From NCBI GenBank assembly GCA_002269645.1, contig NIVC01003046.1, forward strand, positions 59,428 through 123,427: a stretch of 64,000 bases of DNA, read 5' to 3'. Shown here in pieces: positions 10,617-21,158 of the stretch. Each line of letters starts with the position of its first letter. The stretch's first letter is position 1. Position numbers and translations under genes: made by a program. Below the pieces are notes generated by a model. That model saw only the letters and a list, made by a program, of their open reading frames with translations. It was not told the DNA's origin and searched no databases. The DNA is from Macrostomum lignano. Its lineage: Eukaryota.

Positions 10617-12670
10617 ATGATGGCTGCATCAGTGAAGCTGAGATCCAGCTGCTCCAGTTCCAGTCGGGCCAGTCGAATTCAAAAGCGTAGGTTTCTACTT
10701 GCGGCTGTAGTTCAGTAGTGTAGAGCGAATATATATTTTCCGCTAGATTACTGTCAAATTTTCATTAAAATCTCAGATCCTGAGCACCAGTCGGCTCTGT
10801 CTCTGGTAGCTGACGAAGCCGAACGCTTGGCAAAGGACATCGAGTTGCTGAGGCTCAGGTGCCAGCGGTCACTGCATAGCAGGTTCGAATTTCTTGCTCA
10901 TTTTTGCTGGATTATTAAGTTTAAAATTATTGAAAATAGCAGAAAAACGGTTGCTAATTTAATGAGTTATGTGGCTATAAAACAGTTTGTAAATCAAATA
11001 GCTTTAGGACTTCAAGAAATGACTTAATCACCTAGTGACAGTCCAGGATAAGGGACTTAATGACCCACTGACAATATAGTATAAGGGATTTAATGACCCA
11101 CTGACAATATAGGATAAGGGACTTTATGACCCAGTGACAAAATAGGATAAGGTACTTTATGACCCAATGACAAAATAGGATAAGGGACTTTATGACCCAG
11201 TGACAAAATAGGATAAGGACTTTATGACCCAATGACAAAATAGGATAAGGACTTTATAACCCAATGACAAAATAGGATAAGGGACTCCAGTGACAAAATA
11301 GGATAAGGGACTTTATGACCCAATGACAAAATAGGATAAGGACTTTATGACCCAGTGACAAAATAGGATAAGGGCTTAATGACCCAATGACAAAATGGGA
11401 TAAGGACTTTATGACCCAATGACAAAATAGGATAAGGGACTTTATGACCCAGTGACAAAATAGGATAAGGGCTTAATGACCCAATGACAATATAGGATAA
11501 GGGACTTAATGACCCACTGACAATATAGGATAAGGGACTTAATGACCCAATGACAAAATAGGATAAGGGACTTAATGACCCAATGACAAAATAGGATAAG
11601 GGACTTAATGACCCAATGACAAAATAGGATAAGGTACTTAATGACCCAATGACAAAATAGGATAAGGACTTTATGACCCAATGACAAAATAGGATAAGGT
11701 ACTTAATGACCCAATGACAAAATAGGATAAGGGACTTTATGACCCAGTGACAAAATAGGATAAGGTACTTAATGACCCAATGACAAAATAGGATAAGGAC
11801 TTAATGATCTACTGACAAAATTGGATAAGGGACTTTATGACAGTCTCAAGGCGCAAGTGCAGTTACAGTGGCTGGCTGCACACAGCAGAGCCGGTGGAGT
11901 GGATAGAGAGAAAAAAGTGGCAAGAAAATAATGAATGCCTGAGCCAAAAAAATGGGATGATGAGGAGCAGATGAAGCTGGATGGGGGACCGATGGGCGCA
12001 TCTACAGGTTGGAGGGCTCAACCTGGCTTCCCCATCGCTGCCTGTCCCTTCCCCATTTGGCTGCTGTGGCAATGAAAGTTAATAAACAGAGTGCAAGATG
12101 TGAATAAAAACTGCCATACGGCTGCGTAGAGGGAGCGAGAGGAGGGCCCGGCAAGCCGCCTCAGGTCCAGCAAAACTACAATAAAAGAAGGTTTGGACAG
12201 CAGCAGAGTTGGCTCAACCCCCCCCCCCCCGCCACATCGATCCGGCAAATTGTTGCTTGAATAGCTGCACTGCTTTTGCAGTTGAAGAAGAAGACACCCG
12301 TAGATTAAGACAAAAACATTCAGAGCGGCTGTTGAGGCAGCAGATGGCAACGGAGAGAGCTGACAGCGGACCTCAGCTGAACATCAGCCTCATGGTGCGC
12401 TCTGTTCAGCGCCGGCACCAGCTGCTGCGAGAGCAGGCGGACCAGCAGCGGCGGCCTGGGTTGCCTCCGCGGGAGGACAGCGGTGGACTGGCTGGATTGG
12501 CCGATGAAGAGGAAACTGAAAATGATGAGGCTGCCACTCAGCGGATGGAGGAAGCTGGGGCTTCTATTGATCAGCTGCGGCGGGGAATCCGAGCGCTGAT
12601 GCGCCAGCAGCAACAGCTGCGGGAAGCTGCGGCTGCCGCCATGGCTACCGGGCCTGAGCTGCTCTGGTGA
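10617..12670 (+). CDS. Putative 3-exon coiled-coil protein (about 195 aa); exons 10617-10686, 10777-10882, 12265-12670
   Basis: GT-AG junctions are phase-compatible (1, then 2) and give [11 protein letters not shown]...[62 protein letters not shown]...GPELLW*. No recognisable domain. Confidence 0.5.
11030..11842. repeat. 33-bp minisatellite, about 24 copies (ATGACCCAATGACAAAATAGGATAAGGGACTTT), in intron 2 of the 10617 gene
   Basis: Direct periodicity. It explains the repetitive ORFs 11032-11238 and 11442-11687. Confidence 0.95.
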
Positions 12671-12714
12671 GCCGTCTAGGACACCGCGTCTGACCATCTG
12701 ACCATCCGACCCCC

Positions 12715-13632
12715 ATTCACCCATCCAACCCATCCATCCATCCATCCATCCACCCATCAATCCATCCATCCATCCCATCCATCCATCCATCCATCCATCC
12801 ATCCATCCATCCATCCATCCACCCATCCACCCATCCAACCCATCCATCCATCCATCCATCCACCCATCCATTCACCCATCCAACCCATCCATCCATCCAT
12901 CCATCCATCCACCCATCCATCCACCCATCCACCCATCCATCCTTCCATCCACCCATCCATCCACCCATCCACCCATCCATCCACCCATCCATCCACCCAT
13001 CCATCCACCCATCCATCCATTTATCCACCCATCCATCCATCCATCCACCCATCCATCCATCCACCCATCCATCCATCCATCCATCCATCCATCCATCCAT
13101 CCACCCATCCATCCATCCATCCATCCATCCATCCATCCACCCATCCATCCATCCATCCACCCATCCATCCACCCATCCATCCACCCATCCATCCATTTAT
13201 CCACCCATCCATCCACCCATCCATCCACCCATCCATCCATTTATCCACCCATCCATCCATCCATCCATCCACCCATCCATCCATCCATCTATCCATTCAT
13301 CCACCCATCCATCCATCCATCCATCCACCCATCCATCCATTTATCCACCCATCCATCCACCCATCCATCCACCCATCCATCCATTTATCCACCCATCCAT
13401 CCATCCATCCATCCACCCATCCATCCATCCATCCACCCATCCATCCACCCATCCATCCATCCATCTATCCATCCATCCACCCATCCATCCACCCATCCAT
13501 CCATCCATCTATCCATTCATCCACCCATCCATCCACCCATCCATCCACCCATCCATCCATCCATCCACCCATCCATCCATCCATCTATCCATTCATCCAC
13601 CCATCCATCTATCCATCCATCCAACCATCCAC
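12715..13632. repeat. (CCAT)n microsatellite with CCAC variants, about 0.9 kb
   Basis: Read directly. It explains the MDGW ORFs. Confidence 0.97.
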
Positions 13633-14129
13633 TCTTTCACCCATCCCGCCCATCACCTTATTTTAATGAGCTCAGCCCTGCCGTGCCCCTATAGGCAGGC
13701 AGTCTGAGCACTAATTAAACTAGATAATACCTGTCGGTTCGGAAAATTTGAGACAATATCTAAGCAGCTAGACAGGAGTTGGCCAATGCACTTCGGGTAC
13801 AACTTTACAGCTCTCCCCTCAGCCCAGGTGTTATTGGTTAGGTAACTAGAAATTAACAGTCAAAGGCTGCCCTACCCTAACCTGCCATTTCCATGTCCAA
13901 TGAGCCATTGTATTGAGAACCTGCTCAGGTAATCCGCACAGGGAGGAGAAAAAAACACTAGTACGAGTACAGTATGGCATTAATAATTGATGCATCTGGT
14001 AGAACTCATGCGCAACATAGAGAATTCGGCGTACTTATAGAAATTTAGCTCTCGCGCAAAATCTCGCACTTGTTCCAAAAAATTGTCCCAACCTTGCAAC
14101 TCCAAAAAGTCTCGTTTGGTGGTGGGGCA

Positions 14130-17100
14130 ATGGCTTCTTCTCGTAGCAGCGACGGCAGCGGCAGCGGGAGAGAGCTGGCCTGCTTCCAGCATTACCTGGA
14201 CACTTTCTACTTCAATTGTCCGCCTCAGCAGCAGCCCAAGCTGCTTGGCGTCGGCTTCGGTCGGCGCTGGCGACAAGCGTCGCTGGCGGCCGATGCTGCG
14301 GCTGCTGGCGTGGGTGTCCAGGCTCGGCTGCCAAGCAAACTGTCCCGGCTGCTGCAGGCGCGAGGAGCTTAGTGAGACAGCTGATCCCTGATCCTCGATC
14401 CCTGATCCTCGATCCCTGATCCTCGATCCCTGATCCTCGATCCCTGATCCTCGATCCCTGATCCTCGATCCCTGATCCTCGATCCCTGATCCTCGATCCC
14501 TGATCCTCGATCCCTGATCCTCGATCCCTGATCCTCGATCCCTGATCCTCGATCCCTGATCCTCGATCCCTGATCCTCGATCCCTGATCCTCGATCCCTG
14601 ATCCTCGATCCCTGATCCTCGATCCCTGATCCTCGATCCCTGATCCTCGATCCCTGATCCTCGATCCCTGATCCTCGATCCCTGATCCTCGATCCCTGAT
14701 CCTCGATCCCTGATCCTCGATCCCTGATCCTCGATCCCTGATCCTCGATCCCTGATCCTCGATCCCTGATCCTCGATCCCTGATCCTCGATCCCTGATCC
14801 TCGATCCCTGATCCTCGATCCCTGATCCTCGATCCCTGATCCTCGATCCCTGATCCTCGATCCCTGATCCTCGATCCCTGATCCTCGATCCCTGATCCTC
14901 GATCCCTGATCCTCGATCCCTGATCCTCGATCCCTGATCCTCGATCCCTGATCCTCGATCCCTGATCCTCGATCCCTGATCCTCGATCCCTGATCCTCGA
15001 TCCCTGATCCTCGATCCCTGATCCTCGATCCCTGATCCTCGATCCCTGATCCTCGATCCCTGATCCTCGATCCCTGATCCTCGATCCCTGATCCTCGATC
15101 CCTGATCCTCGATCCCTGATCCTCGATCCCTGATCCTCGATCCCTGATCCTCGATCCCTGATCCTCGATCCCTGATCCTCGATCCCTGATCCTCGATCCC
15201 TGATCCTCGATCCCTGATCCTCGATCCCTGATCCTCGATCCCTGATCCTCGATCCCTGATCCTCGATCCCTGATCCTCGATCCCTGATCCTCGATCCCTG
15301 ATCCTCGATCCCTGATCCTCGATCCCTGATCCTCGATCCCTGATCCTCGATCCCTGATCCTCGATCCCTGATCCTCGATCCCTGATCCTCGATCCCTGAT
15401 CCTCGATCCCTGATCCTCGATCCCTGATCCTCGATCCCTGATCCTCGATCCCTGATCCTCGATCCCTGATCCTCGATCCCTGATCCTCGATCCCTGATCC
15501 TCGATCCCTGATCCTCGATCCCTGATCCTCGATCCCTGATCCTCGATCCCTGATCCTCGATCCCTGATCCTCGATCCCTGATCCTCGATCCCTGATCCTC
15601 GATCCCTGATCCTCGATCCCTGATCCTCGATCCCTGATCCTCGATCCCTGATCCTCGATCCCTGATCCTCGATCCCTGATCCTCGATCCCTGATCCTCGA
15701 TCCCTGATCCTCGATCCCTGATCCTCGATCCCTGATCCTCGATCCCTGATCCTCGATCCCTGATCCTCGATCCCTGATCCTCGATCCCTGATCCTCGATC
15801 CCTGATCCTCGATCCCTGATCCTCGATCCCTGATCCTCGATCCCTGATCCTCGATCCCTGATCCTCGATCCCTGATCCTCGATCCCTGATCCTCGATCCC
15901 TGATCCTCGATCCCTGATCCTCGATCCCTGATCCTCGATCCCTGATCCTCGATCCCTGATCCTCGCTGTTAGGGGAGTGAAAAATCAATCAATGTTAGGA
16001 GAGGTGTATAAAATTTTGACTGTTCCACGTTCACGCGATGTGATGTGACAAAAATTCTTTACATCTTGTCACAATGTTTTGTGCAAATATTATTCATTAG
16101 ATATTTCTTGGTTGATTTAAAGCCAATTCCTTCAATATGGATGGATTGCTAATCTAGACAACATGGAAATAGGAATAAAATGGATTGATAGACTAGCCAA
16201 CACGGATGAGGAACAGAATGGATTGCTAATCCATCACCGCCATTCCGCTCGCCGAACCCACAGCTCGGGGTTCTCACCGTTTCTTTTCACCAATCAGTCA
16301 AGCAACTCGGAGCAGCAGCAGCAGCAGCAGCTTCCCCAGCCGACCGCGCCATCGGAACTCGACCGTCCTTCCAAGCGACGCTCTGGCGCGGTGGCGGCGC
16401 AGTCTCGCACCGTCGGAGCGGGCCGCAGCGTTGAGCTGCCCGACGCAGTCGTCAGCGGCGTCGGGGTCGCCTTCGTTGTTGGCGCCGTCCCTGGGCTGTC
16501 GCTGTCGACTCCGCCAGGAGCGCAGCTGCATCAGCGGCATCAGGGATCGGGGGGCAGCGACGAACGGCAGGGTAGGATTCGAACTCAGGCCGTGCAGCAG
16601 CAGCAGCAACGACTGCAGCAATTTGCGAGTTCAACGATTGGTGAGGCTGAAAAATGCGATGGTATGGGATCTGGGATCTCATACTGTATCTGATGGGATC
16701 TGGGATCTCATACTGTATCTGATGGGATCTGGGATCTCATACTGTATCTGATGGGATCTGGGATCCCATAATGCATCTGAGGGGATCTGGGATCCCATAA
16801 TGTATCTGAGGGGATCTGGGATCCCATAATGCATCTGAGGGGATCTGGGATCCCATAATGCATCTGAGGGGATCTGGGATCCCATAATGCATCTGAGGGG
16901 ATCTGGGATCCCATAATGCATCTGAGGGGATCTGGGATCCCATAATGCATCTGAGTGGATCTGGGATCCCATAATGCATCTGAGGGGATCAGGGATTCCA
17001 TAATGTATCTGATCGGGGATCTGGGATCCCATATTGTTTCTGATGGAATCTGGGACCCCATATTGTATCTGATGGAATCTGGGATCCCATATTGTATCTG

Positions 17101-18565
17101 ATGGGAGCTGGTATCTGAGATTATTAACGCGAAACTGTGAACTCAATCAATTAAAATATGTTAAAATTAATCACATTTTTAACAAACGCACTGTCAAGGC
17201 AACAGCCTTACTGGAGCGAAAAATTCATACGAAAAACGCCGTTTCAGATTCCGAAGCAGCGGAAAGCCCGCCCTACCCGCCTATCAGCCAGTCGCAGATG
17301 ATTGGATCTCCCGCAGCCAATCAGGTTGGAGCAGCGGCGCAACAGCCGGAGCCGCGTAAGACCGCAGCTCCAGGCCCAGCCAATCAGCAGAGGCGGTCGT
17401 CGAATATTGGCTCTACAGCCAATCAGGGCAAAATGGACGAGACTGGTTAGAGCTATGAGGATTTTACTTTTATTAGGATAGGAATGTTGGGTGAAAGCTG
17501 CTACATTAGCATAATTAAAAGAATTTCATAAACAGGTCTCATTTTTGTTAGACCAGGGGTCAGCAAACTCTGGCCCGCAGGCCACATACGCCACGCAAAG
17601 CCTCTCTATCCGGCCCTGGTCCTTTGAATCTTCACAACAGCAATCCAGCCCGCTAAACGTTTATATCTCTTCTCAGCGTTGTTCTCTCTAATATCCTCTC
17701 TCCTTTCCTCTCTCCACTCCTCTCCCCTTCTCTCCTTTCCCCTCCTCTCCTCTCCTCTCCTCTCCTCTCCTCTCCTCTCCTCTCCTCTCCTCTCCTCTCC
17801 TCGCCTCTCCTCTCCTCTCCTCTCCTCTCCTATCCCCTCCTCTCCTCTCCTCTCCTCTCATCTCTCGTCTCCTATCTTCTCCTTAATTCCCTCGCCTCTC
17901 CTCTCCCCTCATCTCTCGTCTCCTCTCTTCTCCTTAATTCCCTCGCCTCTCCTCCCCTATCTCCCCCATCTCTTCTCCATTCCCTTGCCTGTCTCCCCTG
18001 TTCCGGCCCCCCAGTTATGCTCTAGGTTGTCTATCAGGCCCTTGAGGTAAACAAAGTTTGCCGAGCCCTGAGTTGAAGTTATTAGTTAGAGGCGAGGGAG
18101 AGAGTTAAGCGAAATTGATTGCATGAGCAGAGCCAAGCAGAGATTCCAATTTACCCCCAAATTACGAGCTAATGTGACTGCACTTGGAATTGAGCCTGGG
18201 CCGCTGGAACATCTGAGCGCCGAGCTGGACCTCTGGGCTACGGCCCCCTGGTTATGCAAGCAGGTCTTTAGTAGTGTTTTTTTAATGTTTCAAATAATCA
18301 GCCCTAAAAATACTACTGAAACTGGCCAAACCAAGTAGGCCAGTAGCGAGTATTTCGCGTATAAAAATCTAAGGAAAGTTTAATGTAAGTATAACGGTTC
18401 GGAAACAACCTTCCCGCAGCGGAGAAGTTTTGCTTCACCGACCCGGCAGTCGGCGCCAGCGCGCCGTCACTGTTTCTGCAGCGCCTCGTCGAGCTCAGCG
18501 CACTTCAGGCCGAGACAGTCCGCCACGAGAAGATGAAGGCCAACAAAAGAAAGCTTCGAAGCTGA
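14130..18565 (+). CDS. Putative 4-exon uncharacterised protein (about 308 aa); exons 14130-14371, 16303 (or 16298)-16640, 17248-17445, 18420-18565
   Basis: Donors TA|GTGAGA, G|GTGAGG and G|GTTAGA; acceptors TTTCAG|AT and CCGCAG|CG keep the frame. The first acceptor is ambiguous. C-terminal FCFTDP...LFLQRLVELSALQAETVRHEKMK looks conserved and loosely recalls the FAM217 motif (unverified). Confidence 0.55.
14383..15965. repeat. Essentially perfect 14-bp satellite (GATCCCTGATCCTC), about 113 copies
   Basis: No variant units seen over about 1.58 kb. Begins 11 nt after the predicted donor at 14372. Confidence 0.98.
16668..17110. repeat. 29-bp minisatellite, about 15 copies (CTGAGGGGATCTGGGATCCCATAATGCAT)
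   Basis: Direct periodicity; intronic. Confidence 0.93.
17554..18070. mobile_element. hAT/Charlie-like MITE with an internal (CTCCT)n expansion
   Basis: TIR CAGGGGTCAGCAAACT at 17554 versus reverse complement CAGGGCTCGGCAAACT ending 18070, with the Charlie-like subterminal GGCCCGCAGGCC. No matching TSD. Confidence 0.65.
18075..18248 (-). mobile_element. tRNA-derived SINE head or degenerate tRNA pseudogene
   Basis: Minus strand reads GGGGCCGTAGCCCAGAGG...GGCCCAGGCTCAATTCC, giving a Pol III A box (TAGCCCAGAGG) and B box (GGCTCAATTCC) at tRNA-like spacing. The acceptor stem does not close cleanly. Confidence 0.55.
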
Positions 18566-19866
18566 GTAGTTAAACTATAGCCCTTCCCTAGCTCACTGAA
18601 CTCTGTGCAAATTATAATCCTGCATAATTCGTATTTTAATTAAAAACCAATTGTTATTTAGTCCATGCTACGGTTTAGGCGTAGATCTTTTGATTTACAA
18701 TTACTGTGAGTTTAGAGTGCAAATTACAATGATAATAATATTCCAGCAAAGTCGCTCCAAAGTCTGTGTTCCTATTCTATTTTGCTTTGCAGTCAATTGG
18801 CAGTTGATGCATCACAGAATAATACACAAGAAAAGTAAGAAAGATGTACGTATGCATATACTAGTCATATGCATATACAATCTATTGCACAAATGGCACG
18901 ATATTCAACGATTCTCACTCTGATTCTGAGAAGGTTAGATTTTACCTATAAGCACACCCGGGCGCCAATTAGTACTTCTCCTTGGTTTAAAGTTCATCAG
19001 CACGTCAAACACACGTGTACAAACTATGCGTGATCTCTGGCTTCGGTGGCCGCTGGCCTTCACCTAGGCGGAGCTTCTGGCCCTTCAACAGGTGGTACAG
19101 AACCGTTAGTTAATTCCCGCATGTTAGATTCTACAAATAAATGGCTCGCAGATTAATGTCTTTTATCTGCGGCTCAAAATGAAATAAGACGGGAGAATGG
19201 GAGTTGTGAAGGATGTTTTTAAGCGAATATTTTGGTAATTAATTGTGCCTCTTAACTTCAGGATTTTCTGCATCATTGGCGTGGCTCACTGCTGTCAGAT
19301 GGCTGAATATCTGGGATTCGCAAGCCGGCTCTGCCTCTCTGTCCTGCACTGGAGCCTCACTGATGCTATTTTGTCTGCTTTTTGTCAGCGTTTCATCAAC
19401 CACTTCAACCTCTGTCTCTCTTCTTCCCTTGTCTGGCGAGATGTGAAAAAAAAAACGTTTTTTTTAAATTGACTAACTTTCGGCTGCCATAAGTTTGCTC
19501 TACGTGAAGCGATTGACTTGAAACTTAACAAAATTATTCATTGACTTATTTTCTGTCAAAATGTAAAATCTCAACTCTTTAACTCAATCAGAGCGGAAAC
19601 TGTATGCATATGAATTTTGCCTGCTTTTTCTGCTGTTTGTGACGCTCACACCAAGGGTCAGGCGATAGGGCTCTGTGTACATGGCAGTGTACAGTGTTTT
19701 GGTATAGCTTAATTTATAGCCTGCTCGGCTCCCCCGTGGGAAGGCTACGTTTAGCCATGACAGTTTGTGAGCTATGACTCGGTCAGTGTGCGAGTCCGAG
19801 ATTTGGGAGGCTGCAATTGTTGCTTCATTAGGCAATGAGACTGGCCTCTGAAGCTGCGCTGTGCGC

Positions 19867-19868
<2 letters not shown>

Positions 19869-19912
<44 letters not shown>
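19869..19912. repeat. (CT)n microsatellite
   Basis: Read directly. Confidence 0.95.
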
Positions 19913-19913
<1 letters not shown>

Positions 19914-20499
19914 ACCGCACCGCGTTGCTACGAGTATTGTGACTTAAGATTCCTGAGACTAAAAGATATTCGCCTTGTCTGGAATGGCAGTCTGTGCTCT
20001 AACTGCTTTGTGATGCTTTGATATCAGCTCAAATCCTAGCACCGTGTTGCCTTGCTGTGAAATTGAATTCCCGAGACTGGGAGAATTAAGCTGGGTTTCA
20101 ATTTCAATTTCAAAGGCTCATCTTTGTACTGAGATTAAAGTTCAGCTTATTTGAAATGTAAAAAATCACTTTTTGTTTACTTCTTTTTGCAAGTGATTTT
20201 AAAGGTCAAATGTTTTTTTGAGAAACAAATAGTTGAAATTTCGTTTAAATAGGCCAAGCTATCAATCACGAATCACTTTTGAGACCTAAATTTTGGTATT
20301 TTACAAAAAAATAACATTCAGTTTTTTTCAAAGTTTTAAAAAATCAAGACAATTCTGGGCTATAAAGAGACAGCCTGAGAATATTTGAGTCCGATTAGAT
20401 TATGCTGCTTAAATTTCCTGCCAGGATCATGCGACATAAGTGATTGACGAGATTATAATGCATAATTATAAAAGTTAGAATCATGTTAAATGAGTGTTA

Positions 20500-21066
20500 G
20501 CCAGGATCACGTGACATCAGCATTTTTTTAGGATCACGTGACATTAGTGATTAGCTAGATCACGTGACATAAGTGATTAACTAGATCACGTGACATAAGT
20601 GATTAACTAGATCACGTGACATAAGTGATTAACTAGATCACGTGACATAAATGATTAACTAGATCACGTGACATAAGTGATTAACTAGATCACGTGACAT
20701 AAGTGATTAACTAGATCACGTGACATAAATGATTAACTAGATCACGTGACATAAGTGATTAACTAGATCACGTGACATAAATGATTAACTAGATCACGTG
20801 ACATAAGTGATTAACTAGATCACGTGACATAAGTGATTAACTAGATCACGTGACATAAGTGATTAACTAGATCACGTGACATAAGTGATTAACTAGATCA
20901 CGTGACATAAGTGATTAACTAGATCACGTGACATAAGTGATTAACTAGATCACGTGACATAAGTGATTAACTAGATCACGGGACATAAGTGATTAACTAG
21001 ATCACGTGACATAAGTGATTAACTAGATCACGTGACATAAGTGATTAACTAGATCACGTGACATCA
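20500..21066. repeat. 26-bp minisatellite, about 21 copies (AGATCACGTGACATAAGTGATTAACT), each carrying a CACGTG E-box
   Basis: Direct periodicity. Starts about 90 bp past the GPCR stop codon. Confidence 0.95.
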
Positions 21067-21158
21067 GTGAATGACAGGATCAAGGGACATTAATGATTGC
21101 CAGGATCAGGTGACCATGCAACGGCCACACGGTACGAACAAAATCCTTGTCAGCTAAG

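Noticed and set aside
13980-14276. Minus-strand 98-aa ORF with a protein-like end (RDFLELQGWDNFLEQ...)
   Set aside because: It overlaps the plus-strand first exon, which links by compatible splice sites to three more exons. No start or exon chain could be built for the minus strand, though it is not fully excluded.
17260-17440. Cluster of CCAAT boxes suggesting an NF-Y promoter
   Set aside because: The segment is a frame-preserving 198-nt exon (17248-17445), and the GCCAATCAG motifs simply encode Ala-Asn-Gln.
18950-19070. Possible minus-strand exon VKASGHRSQRSRIVCTRVFDVLMNFKPRRSTNWRPGVLI
   Set aside because: Weak acceptor, no partner exons and no recognisable motif.
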